Of a stretch of DNA of 64,000 nt, positions 9,120-22,390 are shown piece after piece (position 1 is the first letter of the stretch; every line of letters starts with the position of its first letter). The stretch is from Rhina ancylostomus (lineage: Eukaryota), in contig JARFYF010000063.1 of assembly GCA_030265395.1 (NCBI GenBank), forward strand, positions 84,753,294 to 84,817,293. The letters are read 5' to 3'. A program made the position numbers and the translations under genes. The notes beneath the pieces are model-generated. The model did not search any database, was not told the origin of the DNA, and saw only the letters and a program-made list of their open reading frames with translations.

Positions 9120-10200
9120 CCATAGATCAACTGGAAAGTGGGCAATGGACTGGCAGATGGAATTTAACTCAGACAAGTGTGAAGTGATGCATTTTGGGAA
9201 GCTAAACCTGGGCAGGACATAAGATATCTCTATTAGTCACATGTACATCGAAACACAGTGAAATACATCTTTTTGCGTAGTGTTCTGGGGGCAACCCACA
9301 AGTGTCGCCACCTTTCCGGCACCGACATAGCATGCCCACAACTTCCTAACCCGTACCCCTTTTGGAATGTGGGAGGAAACCAGAGCACCTGGAGGAAACC
9401 CACACAGACACGGGGAGAATGTACAAACTCTTTACAGACAGTGGCCAGATTTGAACCCAGGTCGCTGGCACTGTAAAGCATTACGCTAACCACTACACTC
9501 CCATGCCTGCCCACATACACAGTGAATGACAGGGCTCTGGGGAGTGCTGCTGAACAGACAGACCTGGAGGTACAAGTAAATCGTTCCTTGAAAGTGGTGA
9601 CACAGGCAGACAACTTGCCTTCATCAGACAAGAGTTGGGATGTCATATTACAGCTGTACAAGATGTTGGTGAGACTGAACCTGGAATATTGTGTGCAGTT
9701 CTGGTCGCTATACTACAGGAAGGATCTGATTAAGTTAGGGTGCAAAAAATATTCACGAGGGGACTGGATGGGTTGAGTTATAAGGAGAGGCTGGATATGC
9801 TGAGACTTTTTTCCCAGGAGCAAAGGAGGCTGAGGGGTGACCTTGTAGAGGTTTATAACCTAATAAGAGTGTAGATAAGGGGGATGGTCACAGTCTCTTT
9901 CCCATGGGAGGGGAGACTAAAACTAGAGGTATAGGTTTAAGGTGAGAGGGCAAAGATTTAAAGGGGAACTGAGGGGCAGGTTTTTCACACAGAAGGTGGT
10001 CAGTATATAGAATGAGCTGCCGGAGGAAGTGGTAGAAGCAGGTACAATTACTATGTTTAAAAGACATTTAGATAGTTTTGTGGATAGGAAGAGTTTAGAG
10101 GGATGTGGGTTAAATGTAGGCAAATAGGACTAGCTCAAGAAGGCATCTTGGTCAGCATGGACAAGTTGGACCAAAGGCCTGTTTCTGTGCTGTATGACTT
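9120..10200 (+). mobile_element. CR1-type LINE 3' fragment interrupted by a SINE
   Basis: WQMEFN.DKCEVMHFG-like start; LQLYKMLVRLNLEYCVQFWS; CR1 3'UTR ending gtttctgtgctgtatgact; sequence resumes after the insertion at 9222-9512. Confidence 0.9.
9222..9512 (-). mobile_element. tRNA-derived V-SINE (HE1-like) with a Rex1-like 3' tail
   Basis: Minus strand shows A-box-like gtgtagtggttag, B-box ggttcaaatc and V-domain gagtttgtacattctccccgtgtctgtgtgggtttcctcc; TSD ACATA at 9217-9221 and 9513-9517. Confidence 0.9.
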
Positions 10201-11029
10201 TTACTATAATTCTTGTAACTGCAGGTAATATAAACCAGAAGAGGGAGCTCTAGAGCTGCTTTTATTTATAATATTAAGTAGGCAATCTTCTTCTCCAAAA
10301 TATGTCAGGTAACTTAATTTTTTGGAAGCACTTTACACTTGTTTAACTACTTATTTTCAATATGTTATCTGTTTGGAATCACAAATAAATTTTGCCCAAT
10401 GTACTTTAAATGGATCTAAACTAGAGATGCATGTAAACAATTAGTCCAGGAATAATGTGCATATACAGTATTTCTGTGAAACAAAAGTCCAAAGTTCTAA
10501 TCAATCATTGATAACTTGGGTTTGTCGTAATTGCCAAATGATGGTATAATTACTAAAAATATTATATTAATAATTGTGTCCTGTTTATTTTAGATTTATT
10601 TGCTCTGGATTTTTTTTGTATAAAGTCTGACAAAGTGAACAAACTCAATTATATTTGATAATTCAAGTAATGTTACTAAATTTCTTCATTTATTGTTTCT
10701 GAAGAAAAGCAGATTTGTGATTTCAGAACTGCCGGTTAGCTGTATTAAAGTTGTGTTTCATTATCATAGTGTGCAACTTTAATTCTGCCCACTGAGTCTT
10801 TGTTTTTGGTGGGTCAATCATCACTGTCAATTGTTGCTCACTTATGCTCATCAGAAGTGAGTGACGATTGACCAACCGTAAGTGAATGGTGGGTCAAGTG
10901 TTGATTAATAGGTTAGTGTTCACACTGTCTTTCACGTGCACACTATTGTGCACTTGGTTCCAGCTGGGAAGCTGACTATGGTTCACCATTTGAAGATCTC
11001 TGATGTAGGCCTTGGTCAACTTAGCAGTG

Positions 11030-11400
11030 AACATTAGCTTCATTTAGTTGGCAAAGTCATACCTCTGAAGTGCAAAGGAATAGGTACATGAGCACAAAAA
11101 TCGAGGCTGACAGTTTTGTGTAGTATAGGCATTGTGCTCAATTGCTGAGGGTGCTGTGCTTTACATGAGAAGTTAAATATCTATTTAACTGCTCAGCTGG
11201 AGAGTAACGATCCCATGGTTGTACTTGAAATAAAGCTGTGAGTTCTCTCCCAGCCAGCAAGAAGGAAATACTGGTTATTCATCTCACTGCTGACACAGTA
11301 TGGTTGCACAGTTTGCTTACATAAGACATTGAACCTAATGGACATAATTAATTGTGGGAAGCGCAGTAGACGTGTTTCAATTATGTGCTATGTAAATACA
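11030..11400 (+). mobile_element. Degenerate Deu-domain SINE (SacSINE1/AmnSINE-related)
   Basis: gagcacaaaaatcgaggctgaca...gagggtgctgtgctttacatgagaagttaaa...gatcccatgg...gagttctctccc matches the Deu-SINE layout. Confidence 0.65.
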
Positions 11401-13327
11401 AGTGTTTAATATTAATTGGCATTTCAAGAACACAGCAATGGCATATGATAATTATTATTTATAGCAGCTACCTTTATTTTGCTATGGCATTTAAATTAAT
11501 TCAGAACTAATGAACACATAATATGCTTTCACTCCAGTTTTGAAGTGACTGATTACTGAAATTGTCAATATTTAATACTTTACCACTTGTTGCATAAAAA
11601 TGTCACAAGGGTAGAATTCAGGTCCCCAGAGATTTCCCTTCCATCCTATATATTGATATTTCCTTGGCTTTTCTAGCAGGCTGTAAAATGTCCTGGAAAG
11701 ATGAATATCCTGGAATTGTTAATAAAAAAAATTGTACTACATCCTATCTTACCACCTCCTCCATGTTCATCAGGTGTATCTTGCAAGCTGTCTTTTCATC
11801 ACCTTCTTTTAGTCAGCACAAATTTTTAATTAGGGGTGGATTTGGTCCAGGCTGAGTCTTTCAGTGGTAGCTTCATCTGACCAACTGGACACTTGTGTTA
11901 TTTCAAAATCCCTTGTAGTCTGTTTAAAATTACAGCACTTCTGTAATTTCCACCTTTTTCACAAGGATTGTTTAGGGTGACAGAAATCCTGCAAGTTATT
12001 TCATAGATAAATCGACTGAGGTTGGATGAATCCAGTGACAGAAGTCACATCCCACTGGAACACTAATCCAAAGAGTAGAATCCTGGCATTGCTGGGATCT
12101 TTGTGGTAGAAATTGTATAATATCTTCATTGTTCCAAAAGCCTCCTTTTCTTTTACTAATGATATATTGCTGGCTCCTAGCATTTTGTACTGTAGGCACA
12201 AGGTTGGGATGGCTTGAACTGCTTGTTTTGCTGCTCCCATGCACTAACAAAAACATTGCTGTAACAAATATCCTGACTTAAAACGAATGAATTGCCCGCG
12301 AGGTTAAGTAAGCCCAAAATTAGATAAAACTGTGAAATCTAAGAATTAGCAATGTATTAATAATATAAAGAAAAAGTAAGCCAGCCACATCAGCTGAGCA
12401 TTAAATCCCAAGAAGTTGGCTTAATTAATACGAAGTTCCTAAGTTTTTCTTAAAAAGGAAATGAGTGATTTCATTCTCTTAACATACATTGTTAGCTACT
12501 CAGTTTGGAACTGTAACACTTTGATACACAAAGGAGTATTATTTGGTTTTGCTGGTTGATTCACACTATTATTACCACCATAAATGTATGCAATTTTTTC
12601 AAAATAATTAAAGTAAATTCAGTAGTATCCCATGAGAAACATGGAGGCTATTTGCATGAGAGAAAACCCCAGACTGCAGCCATAGCTTCTGGTCATTGCA
12701 TGTTCTATGGTATCTTCATTGAGCTACTTCCTGTTTTTAAATGAAATGCTATCTGTTGGCCACATTAGCTCGCTCTTTTCAAATACCTTCAAGTTAAAAT
12801 CCCTGGTTTATAAAATACTTTCTTAGGCCCTTCCTACCTGTTACTTTCCTTGCTATCCCACCTGGAAGCCATATAATTATAGCCTGTTGTATGTATGCTT
12901 ATCATTCTCATCGGTTCCCCCATTGGTAGCTTTATCCACCTAGACCCCATGTATTAGAATTCTCTCCTNNNNNNNNNNNNNNNNNNNNNNNNNNNNNNNN
13001 NNNNNNNNNNNNNNNNNNNNNNNNNNNNNNNNNNNNNNNNNNNNNNNNNNNNNNNNNNNNNNNNNNNNTTAGAATTCTCTCCTGAAATCTTTGCATCTTC
13101 TGCTCTTCAAATCAACTTCTGCAATCATTCTATTAATAAATTATTTGACTAGGCATCTGTTTCTGCCTGTGCATTGTTACTTATTGCAGGTGTTCGCTGC
13201 AGAAAATTATCATAGGATAGCCAAAATACAGCAAACACTAATGTGTGGCTAATGCAGCATTTAGAATTGGTACTGGATTTGCCGGTTCTGTATTTCACTG
13301 TATTCTCCTAGTTCTGGTGCAAACTAT

Positions 13328-13470
13328 TTCAACAGAACCGGGAGAGACAGAGAAATGGTTTTCTCTCTTTCCCAGTTCTGATGAAGGGTCCTGGATCTGA
13401 AATGTTTGCTGTTTGCTTTCCACAGATACTGCCTGACTTGCTGAGTGTTTAGAGCATTTTTGATTTTGCA
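13328..13470 (+). mobile_element. Short PLE fragment with fold-back 5' end
   Basis: ctgatgaagggtcctggatctgaaatg core; 13328-13358 is inverted relative to 13359-13386. Confidence 0.7.
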
Positions 13471-15224
13471 CCACAGAGTTATATTTACAAAGTCATCAAA
13501 TGATGCCATTTGCTATTTTGAAAAATTGCCAGAGGCATAGCTGTTTGTATATCCCAAGGCTAAGTGAATTCAAAGTGGATTTTAAAGTAGGAGCTCTTGG
13601 AGGAATCATGTGGAACATGCCTCAATATATTTGGTCTTGTAACATATTATAACTCTCAAACGAGCAGGATTATAAGACCACACACAATTTGTAGATACAC
13701 TAAAGCATTCAAGAGCTATTAGTGCAGTCATATTCAAAATATCTTTATAGAGTTAAGACCTGATAAGAACAATGGTATGCTAATAAGTGACTTATGTGAA
13801 GCAAAGTATGTTACAATAAGTGATTACTCACATTTTATTTGTTACTACACAACTACAGGCACATATCTCAAACTTTGACAGTGATGTCACTAAAAGATAC
13901 TCTGCTAATCTTTCCCCCCCAGAAAAACTGAGCATGTGACATACATCAAGCGTGTGTCTAGAATTTACTTTAACAAAGATTATGCATTAATTTTGTGATA
14001 CAGTCATTGCATGCATAATGATATTTCTGAAAGTGTTTGTTTAAAAGTTGTATTTTCAGCTATGCTGTGTAGGTACATTTTTGTATCCTAAACAAAAATA
14101 CTATAAATGTATATTAGTATATGAGTACTACATATTTCACATTAGAGTTGTCAAAAATTTAGAGTTCAGAATCAAATGTATTTCTCTTCAAATATCTTGT
14201 AGCTTTGAAACATGACTCAAAATCTTGGGCACATTGTAGAATGACCTAGCTATCAGATTAGAAATGAACGTACAACGAGTTACCATAGATTTTCATAGTT
14301 GGATTTGCAATTGTAAAAGTAAGTGAATTGTTATAAATTAGGTGTTGTTATCTGTAAACTGGGGCTATACCTTTAGTTCTGTTTATATGAATCTGGTTTT
14401 GGTTACTGGTGCTGCACACAATATGCACATTATACTAAATGGTTGTGGTTTCTGTAAGTTCTCTGACAGTGTGGCAGCCAAAATCCTGTAGGTTGATAGC
14501 AGTGTCAAAGGGCTCAGAGGTGCTGAGCAATGCATTCATTTGTGTTGTGGATTACAACACTACAAAAACATAGCCTGGTAGTGGGAAACTAAGCAGGAGA
14601 TAAGAGGTAGTGGAAAGATGTCTGAGAGCTGTGAGTGATGTAGAACAGAGCTAGAAAATGGCAAAAAGTGAAAAGATTTTTTTATTAATGTTATAAATTT
14701 GTTTTGACAGTAGTCTAAAATATAAGGTTGGGAGTAGATGGAATGTGATCATTCAGAATCGAATTCCATTTTAATGGGGAACAAAGAAATTTGTAGTCAT
14801 TTATGCAAAGTAGGTTCATGAAAGTTGAGTTTGACAAACCTACTGGAGTTTTTTTAAGGATATAAGTAGCAAGGGAGGTGAGGGAGAACCAGTGCATATA
14901 GTATATATGAATTTTTCAAAAGGCTTTTCATAAGACGCTATGGAAGAGATTGCTCCATGAGATGATGTCACATGAGATTGGGATTATACATTGGTTTGAT
15001 TAGGAAGAAAGTGGCAGATGAAGTACAAAATGGGGAAATACAAAATTATCCTCCTTGTTAGGAAGAATGGGAAAACAGAAACAAATCCCATTCCCTTAAT
15101 CCTATACCTCCTAAACTGCTGACCACCTAGTGTCCTTTCCTTTATCACATGACCTAATACTGTTAATGGTTTTCTCTTTTTCCCTGCCTTTCTCAGACTT
15201 CCCTCCTTCAAATTTCTTGTCATT

Positions 15225-15325
15225 AACAAAAACAGAAAATGCTGGAAGTATTCAACAGGTCAGGCTGCATCTGTGGGAAGAGAAATATAGGCAATATATC
15301 AGGTTGGAGGCACTTTGTCAGACTC
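15225..15325 (-). mobile_element. Short PLE pseudo-LTR fragment
   Basis: aaaacagaaaatgctggaagtattcaacaggtcaggctgcatctgtgg, same family as 1262-1365. Confidence 0.7.
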
Positions 15326-16779
15326 TTATCATTATTCCTTTTCACAAAAGAACACCATTAACCCCTCTGTCCTTTCAAACTACCACCTCACCTTCAACTT
15401 GGCTTTCCTCAATAAAGTCCTTGAATGTGCTATGTCTCCCAAATCTATTCCATGTTTCCATCCCAAATCAAACTTCATTCATTGAGAATACTCAAACCAG
15501 TGATTGATGGATTCTTGGGAACAAATTAAATAATCAGATATGGGAAAATTAAATTGGCCATAATCTCATTGAATGGCAAAACGGGGATTTGGGAGATGAA
15601 TGGCCTGGACCTTATGCTTTTGTAATGCAATATAAAAATACTGCAGAATTTCCTTCTTTTAGTTTTATCCTTCTATTAAAATGTAGTAAGCAAATTCAGC
15701 TAACTATTGTGATATGCAGAGTGCTTTGGTTTCCCTATTCCAAAACCACAGTCCATTGTTATTCCTTACCCTACACTGTTTCACACTAATCCAGAAACTG
15801 ACTGGCTTTAATTTTAGTGGCTTTTAATTATTTTGTCTTGAGTTGCAGTGAACATAAATATAGTTTCCTGTTATTTTAACAATGCAGTGTGTTGTCTGTA
15901 ATTTTTTGAACATGAAACACAAAGGCCTAGAGTTTCTATTGTGCTAGTTTTAAAAACATCAGGCTAGAATCAGATCTTACCCACAACGTGGGCCAAGGGC
16001 ACATTCATCACTAATTGGCTCATCTGCAGGATTTTGAAGAAGCTCCAAGACATAAGTTAATTCATTAGTGCACAAGGGTAAAAATATATAGTAGGCACAA
16101 TTTGAAAGTAAATAGATTTTGTTTATATTTGCTAAGGAACTCATTAATGTATTCCATTCTCTAACTAAAAATACTTCATATTTATAATGTCACTTACAGC
16201 TTTTTAAATTTGGGCTGTCTGCAGTTGTGGATTCTCACTGATTTGAAAATTTATTTCAGATGTATTAATCAAACTTTGCCCAGCTAAATTCAAATATTTC
16301 AAGAAATACCCTGAAAGCAAAATTTTGAAATGGCTTTTCAACACAGGTGCAAACTTGGTGTGCAGTTTGTACCAGAATTGCTAATTATGCCCAATGCTCA
16401 AATTGTTCTCAGCATTTAAAGCCTTTTGAGTAATTTTAGAGTAATTAATTAAACACAATTAACCAGCTATGGTTTACTAATTTAATGCTGCATAAATCTG
16501 ACCTCTCTAGATTGTTTTCTAACCAAAAAAAATGGAAAGAAAAAATTGTCTAACTGGAGGTTTTGTTAAACAAATCTTTCAGATTTTACCTGGTATCCCA
16601 GTTGTTGATAGATAGGTTGCCTTTTAAAGTTTATGATGTGAAATTGGGCTCATCAGTGCTTGTTTTGAATGTAGCCAGTGCTAATTTGGTTTTGTTTTAT
16701 GCACAGTATGTTGTTGCACACTCTTGGTATGTCTCATGCACATTTTGATTGGAGTGTTAGACTATATGACCCTCTTGCT

Positions 16780-17240
16780 TGGTGGAAGTTTGCAGATCTG
16801 GGCATCAAAGGGAAAACACTCCAGTGGTTGAATTTGTACCTCACACAAAGGAAGATGGTTGTGGTTATTGAAGGTCATTGATTCCAGCCCCAGGATATCA
16901 CTGGAAGAGTTCCTCAGGGCAGTCTCCTAAGCCAAGATAATTTCAGATGCTTTATCAATAACCTTCTTTCCATCATAGGGTCAGAAATGGGGTTGTTTGC
17001 TGATGATTACACAATTTCCACATTTCAGCTCCTCACGAATAGAGCAGGCAATGACAGCAAGAAAATGTCTAACTAACTGCCTTTGACTCTCAGTGGCTGA
17101 GTACTTTGCTGTCAAGATCCTGGGAGTTACCATTGAACAGAAACACAATTGGACCAGCCATTTAAATACAGCTATTAGAAGTTAGGAATCTTGCATCAAT
17201 AACTCATCACCCGATGCTCATAGGCCTTTCCTCCAATTGA
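16780..17240 (+). mobile_element. CR1/L2-group LINE RT remnant
   Basis: GIKGKTLQWLNLYLTQRKMVVVIEG...VPQGS...FINNL...LFADD, with stops. Confidence 0.8.
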
Positions 17241-19294
17241 TCAGGACTTTTGATAGCAGTCTTGGTTATGATTACCTGCAGTGGGACAATGTACTGTCCT
17301 GAGCTGGTTTCATTAGATACTTGACCAGTAATTGATCTTTTCATCTCACTCTGTGGACATCTGGCCAGGATGTCCTTCCCTGGTAGTGAGGGTCTGGAGT
17401 CTCGATGGCTGTGCAGTTGAGCAAGACTTTGATCTACATAGTAACCTCAAGGTTACCATTCTTGCTGAATGACTACAGGATTGGTTTTGTGAACCCCCTA
17501 ATTTCTTCTTGGATACACTCTCTTGTGGGTAACGTGATCATAGTTAAGTTCTCTGGCCATTAACTTAGCAAACAAAGCTCATTACCCAGCGGACGCAGTA
17601 AGTAAGTGGAACTCATTAGTTTGAGGGTCTATAAGACAACCAAGCTACTAGCTAACACAGTACTCCAGGAGCTTCTCCTGCTACTCTAAGCACAGTGCTC
17701 TTCTAGAGAGTAATTGGATCATTGATTGCTTGGAAGTACTGCTCTGTAGGTCAGGCAGCATCTGTGCAAAGTCGTGCTACGTGACCTACGGAATTTTCTA
17801 GCATTTTCAGTTTTTGTTTTATATTTTCAATATCTGCAATATTTTGATTCAAACATTCTATCTGGCTGGTTTACCAGTGCATCAGGCTTATTAGGCTGGG
17901 AGTATAGATGGGTCACTGCACTATTTTGTGCAAATCTGGAGCCAAGAATTAATCTGCTCAAGTTCCCCAGTCTGCANNNNNNNNNNNNNNNNNNNNNNNN
18001 NNNNNNNNNNNNNNNNNNNNNNNNNNNNNNNNNNNNNNNNNNNNNNNNNNNNNNNNNNNNNNNNNNNNNNNNNNNNAGTTAATGATCTGTAAAAGACTAA
18101 AACCAGAATTTGTAAAGAACTAAAGTGAGTATTGGATCTATTAACTAGCAGCTTGTGATAAGACCACATACCGACATGGCAAATGTATATTTATAGTGAC
18201 ATTTTTTTCCTGTCAAATACCAGGAAGTTAGAAGTACTATCATGCTCCCTGACCACTTATTAAAATGTAACTTGAAGTAGCATCTGTTCATAATTTGGAA
18301 TATTAATGATTATTATCAAGACATTAGATAAAATCTCCTGTAGAGAAATGCAAATCATATCACACGTTGACACATGTTGATTGCTAAAGTATCTTCTTTC
18401 CTTGTATAATTTAGATTAAAGTACAATTGATCAAGTAATGGAAAGGATTAGCTGTAAACTAATCAAGGATTTTATCTGAGCCAGTAGATGAATTTACTCT
18501 TGCAAAATCATTTCCTTGCATCCTTTAATTTTCAGTTTTAAAACAAACTTAAGGAGTTAATGACTTTTTTCACCTTCTTGAATTAAATGCTTTGTCAGAG
18601 ATTTGCTATGGTGCTTTCTTTAATTAGGGCATATTGACATCTTTGTTGAAAAATGGCTGATTGAAACGTAATCACATGGTTTATTGAGTTGTATTTTCAA
18701 GCCATCAACGAATCATGTTTGTGCCTACCAACTAACCAATCAATTTCTTTTCAAAACTGACCTTTTTAATTGGCTCAGATGTTCATGTGATTTGCTCATG
18801 TACACAGAGAGGAAAAGCTTCTCAGTCATTGTGCTTCTTTAATTAACATTTTAAATCTCTACAAAAACAACATTTCTAAAATAAGCAAATACGAAATTCG
18901 TCATTTCTTAAAAAAAAATTGTGAAATAACTCACCAAATGTGCTACCATTTCATTTGTTCTGTTGCTGGAGCTCATATAATTCGACAGCCTCTACTATTG
19001 TGCCTACTCTGCACTAATGATGATCTGGCTATTTTGCTTATGAATTTTTTTACCATGTAGCACCTGCATGTCTCAATTTGACTGTTAGACATGTGAACTT
19101 CAACCAGTCATTAACTGAGCACAATTTTTTCTGGCAACTTTATCTCATGCGCAGAGAAAGACCTTAGTTGTCAGTATTGCACTATCTCACTGCTATCACT
19201 TCATGCAGGGAACATTACTGAGCAATTATTTAATAGAAGGATGCATTTTTACATTGTATCTGCCATAATAGAGCTTGCTCAGTGTATAATCCCA

Positions 19295-19560
19295 AGGTTC
19301 CTGACCCAAAGCGTTGACCGCCTGCTTTTTTCCATGGATGTTGCCTGGCCTGTTGAGTTCCTCCAGCATCGTCGTGTTTTTTTTATCAAGGACGGAGCCA
19401 GCCAGTGCTTGCTGGATGGAACATTTCGAAGACCACTTCAGTAGCTACTCTGCCCCTGATGTGAGTGCCCATGGCTCCATTCTGCACCAACCTATCTGGT
19501 CCAGACTGACTGCCACTCCACAACGACAAGAAATCAAGAAGACCAGTACCACGTGGAGGT
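19295..19560 (+). mobile_element. PLE pseudo-LTR fragment (19295-19385) abutting an RTE/BovB-like LINE fragment (19395-19560)
   Basis: cctgacccaaagcgttgacc...gagttcctccagcatc, then peptide WMEHFEDHF...TPQRQEIKK resembling RTE RWKEHFEDLL. Confidence 0.6.
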
Positions 19561-21243
19561 TATAAAGAGGAAAAAGTATATACTCTTCTATGGTTTTCTT
19601 TATTCTTCAACAGCCAATCACTACATTCATGTTTTTCTATTTTCGAGTATTATGAAGAACACTTCTCTTTTGAATACATCAACATAAATTACCATTTGAA
19701 CCTTTGATGAGCTGTGGGGAATACCATATGAGATGGTGCCAATATATAAAAACATCTTAAGGGCAGGCCATCCCTCAAATAATTTCTTAGGATGTGATCC
19801 AGGTCTGGCTTCATTCCAGCTGTGAGTGGAAAATACTTTCCAGCCAAATAGACTCTACAAGCTAGGTAATCTTCAAGTGTTTCATAGTTCATAGCATTAA
19901 AGGAAAAATGGCCACCTAATATTTGGCTACACATCTGCCTGAGGATTTTTTTTATTAAATATGCACATAGGGAATATGGAGTATAACTTGGGATGTGAAC
20001 TACTATCAGCCTGGCTTGCTTCCTGCAGCATAATAGTTCCATTCTGCATAAGCTTAACTGGGTGAAGTTCATTCTTTGCCCTTGAGGTAGCTTCCAAGTT
20101 AGATTTTCTGAAGACTTTTTTTAGTAAAACTAGCCTGGTGTAAGTTAAATATCAGGAAATAAGGATTAAGAAAGGAAACATGCCAGACGCTACAGAATAA
20201 GGAGTCGGGTGATGCACATTTTACACATTTTAAAGGGTAGTGGTTTTCTGGGAACAGATTCCAGGGAAAGCTATAGGTGGAAAATATAAAAAGAGACTAC
20301 TTAATGCATTCCTGAAGAAAGAATGAACTGAGAGATTTGATAAGGAGTATCGATATATTTGATAGGTGGACAAAGTGTGCTTATCTGTTTAAAAATTTCA
20401 TCATTCTGATGTGGCTCTGAGTTTATAGCATTATTACCTTTTAACATCCCTGAAGTGAAAATTCTTTATTTTAATGAAAAGATTCACTCTAACCTTGACA
20501 TGATGGAACATCCCTGAGGTGTTCATTTTACCCATTGTTTGGGGCTGACACTATTTTGCTGAAGAGCTAAAATTCAATGCAACTGTATCAAAAATATTCA
20601 CATTCTCTCATTTTAAAATTATTGTATGGAATAATTAGAGTGTGGTTTCAAAAGATTATGCAAAAATTTTGCGGCACGGTGGGGAAGTACCAAATTGAAC
20701 AGTAAATAATTGCACTGTGATCATTATGAACAAAAAGGTTTAAAGCAGCTTTGAAATATGAGATACAACAATTTAGTATTGTATTTCAGTGGGTGAAAGT
20801 AATTGAATATAGCAGTAATGTATTATGTTCTTGTCTTAGAAGATGTTAAGTCTTGTGATTGCTTTGGTGCTAATCCAGATATGTAAATAATTGCATTATA
20901 AATAAATTGAAATTTAACATTTATAGTGTTGATTGACATTTATGCTAGTACTTTGTTTAGTTTATGTGATGGAGGAAAATAAAAAAACATTGGCTTGCTG
21001 CAGTATTATGATGTAGCTAATGCTTCAAATCTTACACTTTCTGGAATTAAATCTATTTTCAGTGTATTCTTGTAAAGTTGGACCACTTAAAATATACATC
21101 TTGATTTAATCTAGATGATGACCATCCCAGGCTACATTTTTAAAGAAAAAGAAATCAGCTGTGTCAGAAGTCTGAGCGCAATTTCTTCTATCTACAGTGT
21201 AAGTGCCTTGCAACAGTCAGTAACATTTCCTTTTGTTTTGTAG

Positions 21244-21354
<111 letters not shown>

Positions 21355-21889
21355 TGATCAAAAAAAAGCAGATAGCTGCAAGGAAAGAACGGAACTACAA
21401 TGAAGTATTTAAATCTTGAGCATTGTTAGGAAGTTAGTATTATGAGTCACAGTTGAATTCCCAACAATTCTTGTGATATCAGAAACCTATGATAGATTTT
21501 GTTTTGTTTTATCACTTACTACTCTCTCCTTTTAATATATTTAATATTATGGCAAACTGCAAGTTAAGATTTGAATAGCAAGCTCATCTGATTTGGCCAA
21601 TAAGGTTATTAAAAATAATTAAACTAGCTATCTACGCTTAATGAACAATAATACCATGAGAAACTATGGGCCATACTCTGCAGGAGTGAGACATTTGACA
21701 TCTATCCAGCTGGACTTTGCACATTTAGGTTTGGAAGAAAATTAAAAAGATGCTGTTAGCATGAGCAAGCAACAAGGGCAGCAAGGCATTTGTGTCAAAT
21801 TATCCATCTTAACCAATGATTTAAGAATTGAGAAATAGTCATGGAAGGGCAAAGATGGAGTGAATTAACTACTGTACAGAAAAAAAAAA

Positions 21890-22390
21890 CAATAGCCAGG
21901 CTTTTGACAAGATCCCACATGGCAGTCCTGTCAAAAGAATAAACAAAAAATCACGAGATCCAAGGTAAGTTGGATCCATAATGAGTTCAATGACAGGAAG
22001 CAAAGGATAACAGTTGACAGTTGTGTTTACGAATGGAAGACTGTTACTAGTGGTGTTTCTTAGTACTCCTTCCTTTGCTTTTTTTTAAATACAGATTTAT
22101 GATTTTAGTCCTAAATGTAGGAGGCCTAATAAAGTAGTTTGCATTTGACATAGAAATTGGCAATGTAATTGACTGGGAGGAAGAAAACTTCAGAGTGCAA
22201 AATCGTCTGGGACAAAAAAATGGCAAGTGACGTTTAATCTAGAGAATTGTAAGGTAATGAATTTGGGAGATATAACAAGGCAAGGGAATGCACAATAAAT
22301 GGGAGAATATCGAATGACAGCAGCAGGTAACAGTGTCAGTAAGCTCATTCAGTAGGCTTACGGGATACTTTCCTTGTCAGCTGAGGCCCA
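21890..22390 (+). mobile_element. CR1-type LINE RT remnant
   Basis: gcttttgacaagatcccacatggc (AFDKIPHG), aggaagcaaagg, tggcaagtgacgtttaat; heavily decayed. Confidence 0.7.

Noticed and set aside
9440-9512. tRNA gene on the minus strand
   Set aside because: The A/B boxes are the head of a V-SINE; it runs on into the V-domain and has a TSD.
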